The position numbers and the translations under genes were made by a program. A stretch of DNA of 14,937 nucleotides. Source: Naegleria gruberi (Eukaryota). Under the pieces are notes generated by a model. It was not told the origin of the DNA and did no database searches. It saw only the letters and a program-made list of their open reading frames with translations. The stretch lies in assembly GCA_000004985.1 (NCBI GenBank), contig GG738985.1, one strand, 5' to 3'. Shown here piece by piece: positions 8,422-14,937 of the stretch; the stretch's first letter is position 1; each line of letters starts with the position of its first letter.

Positions 8422-8892
8422 TTTGTTCTTGTGTTTTTTTTTGTGTGAAAACAACTTGATGACAGGGATTTATACTTGTCCATTGATGTGTGTGGCAGTT
8501 GTTGCTTACACGTGTTGTGGTGAAGAGAAAAAACCTGTCAACGATTGGCTTGCCCGTTAAAAAGATGACATACGTCAAGTTAAAATGTTTGATTGATGAG
8601 CAAAATTTTGATTGACAAGTTTGAAAGACAAGCAAACTTTTCCCGCCCAATTAATTTTAACGTGTTAAATTGTGTGAATCATACTCCGTACCTGACTGTT
8701 GGCTTTTTCTTATTGAATGTCCATTCATGTTCGAAGACGGCAAATCTGTAGATGAATAGAGTCCTGACATCTTTAAGAATCCATATTTACAGTAAATTAA
8801 TCTTTAATCTTTATATTGTCATTAACTACTAATAAATGTCAACTAGTAGTAGAAGCAGAGTAGAAAAGATTATTGTTGAAAGATATAACATT

Positions 8893-9711
8893 CTATTGAT
8901 GTGAAGGATAAAACTTGACAAAACATCCAATGGCATCTTGTGAAATTTGTAATGGATTGAAAGTTGTTTGTAAATATCCTTCAATACTATTGTTAATACT
9001 ACTATTACTATTAATACTATTATCACTACTGTTAGTAGTATGAGAAAAAATCATTTCACAATTTAAATTTTCCAAAATTGCAATTCTAGCATTCCAAAAT
9101 CTACCATGTGAATGTTCAATAATTGGTGCCTTATTAGGATGGTCAATTGATGGTGTATCAATTCCAATAAGGAGAAGATTAGGTAATTCTCTTGATAAAT
9201 ATTCAGCTGCACTTGGATGAAAATGTGCAAAATCATTGGTCCATTCTTGTTCATCACTTGGTTGATTGGATCGAGTCTTGATGATACATCTGAGAATTTT
9301 ATCTTTTGGAATTTTACTCTTTTCAATTGCATTTCGAAACATTTCTTCTGAAATTTCCAAATTATTCTTCAATTCTTCCACTAAATTTAATACTAAACAA
9401 GCTCCATTATATTGAAGAGTGTGAAAATATTCCACAATTGGATTCTTTTCAAAATGTTTAGGTTGATCAGCATGTGTTCCAGCATGACTATTCGAAAGTA
9501 TGACATTTCTAGTAACAATACAAACTCCATTACATGAAGATGAAACATCACACGATTGATTCATTAGACATGATGAACACAATGATTTTACATTTTCCTT
9601 CTCTAATTTTAATTCCTTCTCTATTAAATCATCCACTGAAATAAATTGAGCATACGGAGTGTAATCATGATATGGAAATGAAGCATATTTAGCACACGGA
9701 GAAACAGTCAA
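8893..9711 (-). CDS. Cyclase-family protein (kynurenine formamidase / arylformamidase-like, Pfam Cyclase fold). The true N-terminus is probably in an upstream exon.
   Basis: It contains the family signature HxGTHxDxPxH as SHAGTHADQPKHF, plus a downstream IGIDTPSIDHP and a C-terminal Asn/Ser-rich tract. The track ORF begins with TTG (printed as M). The frame stays open upstream to a TGA near 9838 with no in-frame ATG (only an out-of-frame ATG at ~9835). So the initiator Met is likely supplied by an upstream exon or a mis-called base. Confidence 0.7.
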   Translation of the reverse strand: MTVSPCAKYASFPYHDYTPYAQFISVDDLIEKELKLEKENVKSLCSSCLMNQSCDVSSSCNGVCIVTRNVILSNSHAGTHADQPKHFEKNPIVEYFHTLQYNGACLVLNLVEELKNNLEISEEMFRNAIEKSKIPKDKILRCIIKTRSNQPSDEQEWTNDFAHFHPSAAEYLSRELPNLLLIGIDTPSIDHPNKAPIIEHSHGRFWNARIAILENLNCEMIFSHTTNSSDNSINSNSSINNSIEGYLQTTFNPLQISQDAIGCFVKFYPSHQ

Positions 9712-10294
9712 TTCAATTACATTCCATACTTTAATTGATGAAAGGCTTGATGATTTAAATTCTTCATCAATTTTAATTGAATTTTCAAGTTTGGATTTTA
9801 ATATTGTACATGGAATATCTGATAATTTGATTCATTCGATCAATATAGTGGTGTTGTTGTATTGTTGTTGGTATTATTTCAAAGGCTTTGAAAATTTACC
9901 TTCAATTTTGCTGGTTGAGTTCATTTATTTTTTTTAATTAATTTTTAAAAGTGTATTCTTTGAATATTATTGGTTATTTATTGATATTCAAATATTTGAA
10001 TATTATATAATACCAATCAATATATGAAAATTATAAAAACTAACAAATTTGATAATCAATAAACTTTTTTCAATCATTTTTAAATTTTAGCCTTTAAAAA
10101 AAATGTTCAAAAATTCAAATACATTTATTCAGCATCATTTACGTTCGATTGCTGTTCATCATAAACAACAAAAATACTATCGATTCGGACTCGGATTAAT
10201 TCAAAGTAATAATAATTTATCATTAAATAATAATCAATGTAGATATTTTCTGAAGAATATTTTCGGAGGTGATAATAAATAAAAGAAGAAGTGA

Positions 10295-10344
10295 NNNNNN
10301 NNNNNNNNNNNNNNNNNNNNNNNNNNNNNNNNNNNNNNNNNNNN
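10295..10344. other. Scaffold gap of 50 N, in an AT-rich intergenic region.
   Basis: A run of exactly 50 n. Confidence 0.95.
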
Positions 10345-10984
10345 TTATTAATTATGATGAATATCAAACAGCTGTTTTCAATTATGAATTGATGGCAATC
10401 TACACTTTGAAACAAAATCCGTTAATTTAGTACTAATTTAACCTGTTCCGAGTATTAAAACAGCACAACTGCTTCATTGAATTGAACACTTACAACATGT
10501 TCAATTTCTTTGACGTCAAAGCTTAGCTCCTCACAAATTTGAACATCAACAACAATTCGGAATTTGGAATTAATTGAAGTTCAGTCAATTAACCAGCGAT
10601 ATATTTCATTAATCATAGCTTAACATTTTCAACAGAGAGACTGCTGACATCTTGGCCAACAAGATTATCTCGGCAAAATCAATACCATGTGTTGATGTTG
10701 AACAGTGTCATCTCCAACAACATAATGTCAGCACAATCAAACAACTACCGTAGTTTAGATTAGTCTAGAACTTGAATAATCATTGGAAACTACTTCCAAT
10801 TTGTTAGAATTTAGGTTCAATTGTCCTTTCATCACTTGGTTTCTAAAGAATTGTGCACAGTATCACTTTTCAAGTCAAATAAATAAACTTGTTCCTTCTT
10901 TCGTCCAGAATCGCCATTTTAAATTGTAAAATCACAAGCTTTGACGTCTTTCACACACTTTAAAAAATTAAAACAACGTAAGCT

Positions 10985-11381
10985 ATGAAATTCAAGAGGA
11001 ATAAAACGTTAGACGAAACCGTTGTGTCTCCTTCCTCGTCAACACCAACCAATACATCATCTTCTTCTACATCGTCATCCTCTTCAAAGAAAAGACCTAG
11101 CAGTGTAAATAGTGACTTTGATGTTTCGAATTATGCCATTGTTTTTGAAGAAATGATGGATTCGAAAGAAACTCGTGATTTATTCTATGAATATTTGCAG
11201 CTTAATCGTTCGGTGGAATCTCTCATGTTCATGAATCAAGTTGAAGAATATCGTGCGGAATATAACAAGAAATTCGAGAATGTTATTTGTGGTGAAAATG
11301 TTGATAAAAAGCAAGNTTCATACCAAGATTGTAGAAATCTATTCGAAAGCAAGGGGTATTCTTGATCAATTTGTGTTCAAG
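10985..11381 (+). CDS. RGS (regulator of G-protein signalling) domain protein, 5' part. It has a Ser/Thr-rich N-terminus and the RGS domain begins ~residue 50. It is truncated by the gap at 11382-11431, and there is an apparent frameshift at the ambiguous base 11316.
   Basis: ATG at 10985 (MKFKRNKTLDETVVSPSSSTPTNTSSSSTSSSSSKKRPSS…). The next part, FEEMMDSKETRDLFYEYLQLNRSVESLMFMNQVEEYRAEYNKK, fits the RGS-box N-terminal consensus (F..ML.S..G…F..FL..EFSEENL.FW.ACEE(F/Y)KK). After the n at 11316 the RGS-like continuation (…IVEIYSKARGILDQFV, compare the canonical KAKKIYEEFI) is in the +1 frame. The frame-1 stop at 11363 therefore looks like an artefact. Confidence 0.65.
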
Positions 11382-11431
11382 NNNNNNNNNNNNNNNNNNN
11401 NNNNNNNNNNNNNNNNNNNNNNNNNNNNNNN
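11382..11431. other. Scaffold gap of 50 N, separating the 3' ends of the RGS gene (+) and the kinase gene (-).
   Basis: A run of exactly 50 n. Confidence 0.95.
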
Positions 11432-12539
11432 GAAGTAGAAGTATCCAATGTTAATATTTGATACAATGTCACGCCAAGTGAATACATGTCAGTGGCAAAT
11501 CCATAAGGTTGATTCAATAGTAATTCTGGTGAAATGTAGCATAGAGAACCAGCATAGGTATTTTTGGTAGTGTGTGCATTCTCTTTGGCAATACCAAAAT
11601 CTCCCAAAACAACCTCAATCAAATTCGAGTCAATATCCCTTCTTCTGATAAAGATGTTTTGAGGTTTAATGTCTCGGTGCATGACTTGTTGGGAATGCAC
11701 ATAGTTAAGAGCTTGGGTGGTTTGAGAAATGATTTTCCAAATAATTGGCAGTGGAATAGTTGCGGCTGATTTGATGGATTCACTAATGATGGACATGACA
11801 TCTCCCTTATACAGTTCCATGACAATGCAAAACATGGAAGAATGCTCGGTATCGACTTGGAAAGTGTCATAAATCTTTACCACATTCTGGTGATCCAATT
11901 GCTTGACAAGATTGGCTTCATTTTCAGCATCTTGTGTTGGTTTCTGAATTGAATTTTTACCTGTAGCTATGGTTTTAATTGCCACATTTGGTTCCTCTGG
12001 TGTATTCAACACTTGGCATTCAAAAATGATACCAAATCCTCCCTCTCCAATAATTCGAATAATTTTGTATCGATCATCAAGAGTCATTCCCAAATATTGT
12101 TCATATCTTCCATTGCCTGCTCTTTGTGGAAGAATTGAATCGACAGTATTCTTGACTCTCTTCAATTTAATCAGGTTGAGTTCATCATCCAATAATTGTA
12201 AATCCTTCATGTCCACAACATCCACAAATTCCTCAAAATCTGGATCATAGTATTGTAATTCGTAACTACCTCGAATTCCACATCTGAGCTTGGTTTTTTT
12301 CACAAAATCTTGAACACTCTCGGAATAATTGACAACCATTTTGAATCTCTTACGATACAGATTCAACATGTTATCTATATATTCCACTTCAAACTTGTAA
12401 CAGAGATAGGTTTCGGATTTGTTAAGGAGCTTTCGTGCCCAAATAATCATGTCTGAATTTTCAGTTGTTTCTGCAACAGAGGCCAAATCCATTCCATTCT
12501 TTTTAATATCCACATCAGCTCCCTTCTCAACTAGGATAA
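11432..12539 (-). CDS. Ser/Thr protein kinase, NEK/NimA-like, with an N-terminal ankyrin-repeat segment. Both ends run into 50-N gaps (12540-12589 and 11382-11431), so the CDS is incomplete at both ends.
   Basis: Kinase subdomains are visible: IGEGGFGIIFECQV (Gly loop), VAIKTI (VAIK), HRDIKPQNIFI (catalytic loop, NEK-like), DFGIAK (DFG), GSLCYISPELL (APE-like) and DMYSLGVTLYQIL (subdomain IX). An ankyrin-like stretch, ILVEKGADVDIKKNGMDLASVA, lies upstream. The track ORF 11377-12606 contains X runs at both ends. Confidence 0.85.
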
Positions 12540-12589
12540 NNNNNNNNNNNNNNNNNNNNNNNNNNNNNNNNNNNNNNNNNNNNNNNNNN
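12540..12589. other. Scaffold gap of 50 N, inside the 5' part of the kinase gene.
   Basis: A run of exactly 50 n. Confidence 0.95.
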
Positions 12590-12792
12590 GTCAGATGCAA
12601 AATCAAATTAACTTCAAATAAATGTTGTGTTGACTGTACAAATTATAGAAGAAGTATCAAAAATCCTTGCGTAAAATTATTTCAACTCCTGCTCCCGCAG
12701 ATTCTCCGTTGTAACAAATTTTACTCCGCAAACACAGTGTGCATAAATCAGGCGCAAGCATTGAACATCTCTCGATAACACTCAACAAAAAA

Positions 12793-13563
12793 ATGCAAAC
12801 ACTCCACCTTGCCATCATTGCTGTCTTGTTAATGACCTTGGCCGTCATCTCTCATGGCCAAAACTCCAAGATTAACATAAAGACTCCAAAGTATACTTGC
12901 TGTATGCCTCGTGCTCACACTGTCCACGCCAAAGTTACTAGAATGGGACTTTCCAACTGTAATCCATCAAATGGTGATTGTCACTTTGATGGGGTGAAGA
13001 TTATTCGTGAAAAACACATGCCAGATTTCTTCCATCGTCGTTATCGTTTAGATTTACAAATTGAAGTGAATGGAAAAGTGGTGAGTGATGAAACTACATT
13101 AGGTTTCATGGATACTTATCCATCTAACTTTGGTGTTGAATATGTTTTTAACAAAACTACTTGTTCCTGTAAACAATTGACTAGACAAGCTGCTTACTTG
13201 ATGGTTTCATGTGTTGATGCTGATTATCAATTGGAAGGACATGTTGATATCGGAATTAAGAGTGAAGATCATATTAAATCCCAGAAATTCATTCGTACAA
13301 AGCAATTGAACTCCAATACTACACAAATTGATGTGATGGTCGTTCAACCAGTTCAAACTAAACCCCAACCACTTCCATATCCAGATCCATATCCATCAGA
13401 TTATAATTGTGCTATTGTTTATTCCGATACTAGAATTGAAAGTAGAGACACCAAAGGTCAATTGAATAATTTGGAAACTATTTCAAGTGAATGTTGGGAC
13501 TTTTTGCCTTTTAACACTGATAGTGATTATGTGCTTCCATCTTATTGTCCAAAATGTCATTAA
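12793..13563 (+). CDS. Secreted cysteine-rich protein of unknown family, 256 aa, with an N-terminal signal peptide and a Pro/Tyr-rich PYPDPYP segment.
   Basis: The ATG at 12793 is preceded by aaaaaaa. The product MQTLHLAIIAVLLMTLAVISHGQ is a typical signal peptide. Cysteines occur in pairs (CC, C..C, CSC, CPKCH), which suggests disulfides. The track ORF starts at 12739 but has no ATG there. The stop is at 13561-13563. Confidence 0.6.
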   Translation: MQTLHLAIIAVLLMTLAVISHGQNSKINIKTPKYTCCMPRAHTVHAKVTRMGLSNCNPSNGDCHFDGVKIIREKHMPDFFHRRYRLDLQIEVNGKVVSDETTLGFMDTYPSNFGVEYVFNKTTCSCKQLTRQAAYLMVSCVDADYQLEGHVDIGIKSEDHIKSQKFIRTKQLNSNTTQIDVMVVQPVQTKPQPLPYPDPYPSDYNCAIVYSDTRIESRDTKGQLNNLETISSECWDFLPFNTDSDYVLPSYCPKCH

Positions 13564-14528
13564 ATTCTTTTAATCCTTGTAGTATGTTAATATTCATCAC
13601 GTGTTGAAAATGTTGTTGTTTTATTGTTAAAACAATGTTTTCATTCATCTGATGATAAATATGACGTTTATTATCTATTTAAATAGTAGTACTAAAAGAC
13701 TTGTAGTAGTACATGTTGAGTTATGGTCCATGTACTTTTTCAAAATTAACATGTACCTATCCCTATCAAACTTGACCAAAATTGCTCATAGAAAGTTCTC
13801 CTACTATTGACCATTCCAAACAATACTATATTGACAGTTTTCCGACTTGTCCAATAGATACAGTGGATGATGAATTTAATGAAAAATAAATTAATTCCAC
13901 AAATACTATTATATTGATAATGAAACAATAATAGTATTGATGATGGCGAATGATCGGATGATGGAACACCAGCTTGTGATTTTCCATCATGATGAAAAAT
14001 AAAATCCAATTTCATAATGATACTCCACTAATAAAAATTACTATTATTACTACTATTCAGATGATGTTGAGATGGTGATGTGAAAGTTTGATAGCTTCAA
14101 GATGTGAAACCACTCCTAAAATCAGCATTACCACAAATTACATTGTTGATTTTAAAAATATTTTTTATAAATATTTTTAATGCCCCGAATAACTTGTTTG
14201 GTCCGTGTTTTGGTCGTTTTGGTGACCAAAGCTTGAATTTTATTTTATTTGTGATCGATTTTGTAAATTTTTCATTCTGACCACCAACTTTGATCGATTT
14301 TTAATTTTAAATTCAGAGCAAAAATGGGACCATACTGTTCTTCTTCGTGATTACTATCAAAACTTACATACGCAGCAGAGGGATACGAATGGATTTACTT
14401 GATAAAAGTATCAAGTTAACACTAATAACATGAACAATAGATGAACAGTAACAATGATTGTTATTTACACATGAACAGCTATCAACAATCCAACCCGACT
14501 GCTGTTCATCATGATGTGTGATGATTCA

Positions 14529-14937
14529 TCAATAACCTTCTTCGCTATCCTCCTCGACCTCATTGCCATCATCAGTAGCTTCTTCTTCCTCTGCTGGTTC
14601 TTCAGTATTCTCTTCCTCCTCCTCAACCATTCGATCAGCAACCTCTTCCTCCTCTTCATCAGCATTATCAGCAACAACTTGATCCTTATACTTTTTGTCA
14701 AGGTACTTTGTAATTTTGTTTGAATAATCAGATGCAATTCTCAAGTGGGTGTCAATTGCTTGTTTGATCTCCAAGTATAAATCTCTGGGCAAAGAGGTTC
14801 GGTGAGATCTCGATTTCAGAGTGTCCTTTGGAATTCTGTATTGCTTATCTGATGGAATGATAGAGAAATGCTCATCCATGAGAGTAAGGAATGGGACTAC
14901 AGAACCTAGTTTGCCTTTTTCCAATTCCTTCTCTTTA
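14529..14937 (-). CDS. 3' part of a gene for a protein with a long Glu/Asp-rich tail ending …SEEGY. The CDS continues beyond the right edge of the window.
   Basis: The frame is open from the window edge (…KEKELEKGKLGSVVPFLTLMDEHFSIIPSDKQYRIPKDTLKSRSHRTSLPRDLYLEIKQAIDTHLRIASDYSNKITKYLDKKYKDQVVADNADEEEEEVADRMVEEEEENTEEPAEEEEATDDGNEVEEDSEEGY*). The M in the track is a TTG, so the real start lies outside the window. Confidence 0.5.
   Translation of the reverse strand, partial: KEKELEKGKLGSVVPFLTLMDEHFSIIPSDKQYRIPKDTLKSRSHRTSLPRDLYLEIKQAIDTHLRIASDYSNKITKYLDKKYKDQVVADNADEEEEEVADRMVEEEEENTEEPAEEEEATDDGNEVEEDSEEGY

Noticed and set aside
8255-9332. Small ORFs 8255-8560 (+), 8411-8650 (-), 8829-9026 (-) and 9063-9332 (-)
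   Set aside because: They overlap or sit antisense to the coactosin-like and cyclase genes in other frames. They show no domain signatures and have composition-driven products.
10125-10415. 96-aa minus-strand ORF spanning the gap at 10295-10344
   Set aside because: It is extremely AT-rich with low-complexity translation (IYIDYYLMINYYYFELI). It reads through N, so it is almost certainly intergenic.
5998-12589. Runs of 50 n as possible repeat or CRISPR-like spacing
   Set aside because: They are fixed-length assembly gap placeholders, not sequence. No direct-repeat/spacer periodicity exists anywhere in the window.
13746-14015. 89-aa minus-strand ORF in the spacer after the secreted-protein gene
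   Set aside because: It has no ATG context or recognisable domain. The region is AT-rich with short tagtagta-type repeats, so this is likely non-coding.
14465-14737. Arg/Lys-rich ORF on the minus strand (14465-14737) and the overlapping + strand ORF 14511-14723
   Set aside because: They are alternative-frame or antisense readings of the Glu/Asp-rich tail of the gene at 14529-14937 (GAA/GAG repeats read as AGA/AAG and so on). They are not independent genes.

Overview
This is eukaryotic nuclear DNA from a draft scaffold, not a prokaryotic locus. It is AT-rich, with A-rich runs before ATG starts. It contains five runs of exactly 50 N (scaffold gaps) and one isolated ambiguous base. It also has short spliceosomal introns that I reconstructed by hand: 37-55 nt, 5' sites GTAAGT, GTATGT, GTGTAAGT or GTTAGT, and 3' sites ending ACAG or TTAG. 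The gene content (coactosin-like ADF-H protein, an RGS-domain protein next to a NEK-like kinase, cyclase-family protein, A-rich Kozak context, Asn/Ser-rich tracts) points to an amoebozoan (dictyostelid-like) or another AT-rich protist or early-diverging fungus. I cannot identify the species. I infer about ten protein-coding genes. (1) A partial secreted protein at the left edge on the minus strand. (2) A four-exon minus-strand gene at 1266-1957 that the ORF track does not show. (3) An intronless 955-aa ORF with an N-terminal C2H2 zinc finger and a C-terminal region resembling Tnp2/En-Spm (CACTA/KDZ-superfamily) transposases. (4) A large ARM/HEAT-like minus-strand gene at 5607-8005. Its two big ORFs are separated only by an in-frame TAA that sits inside a 45-nt intron, and the gene crosses a gap. 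(5) A coactosin-like ADF-H gene truncated by a gap. (6) A cyclase-family (kynurenine-formamidase-like, HxGTHxDxPxH motif) gene. (7) An RGS-domain gene on the plus strand converging on (8) a NEK-like Ser/Thr kinase with an N-terminal ankyrin repeat, on the minus strand. Both are cut by gaps. (9) A secreted cysteine-rich protein. (10) A partial protein with a poly-acidic tail at the right edge. I found no rRNA, tRNA or CRISPR array, and no prokaryotic defence system. The most interesting items are the transposase-like intronless ORF, the intron-aware gene models that merge or replace track ORFs, and a short sequence family (CCGTACCT(T)GAC / TGTTGGCTTT) shared by three intergenic regions.
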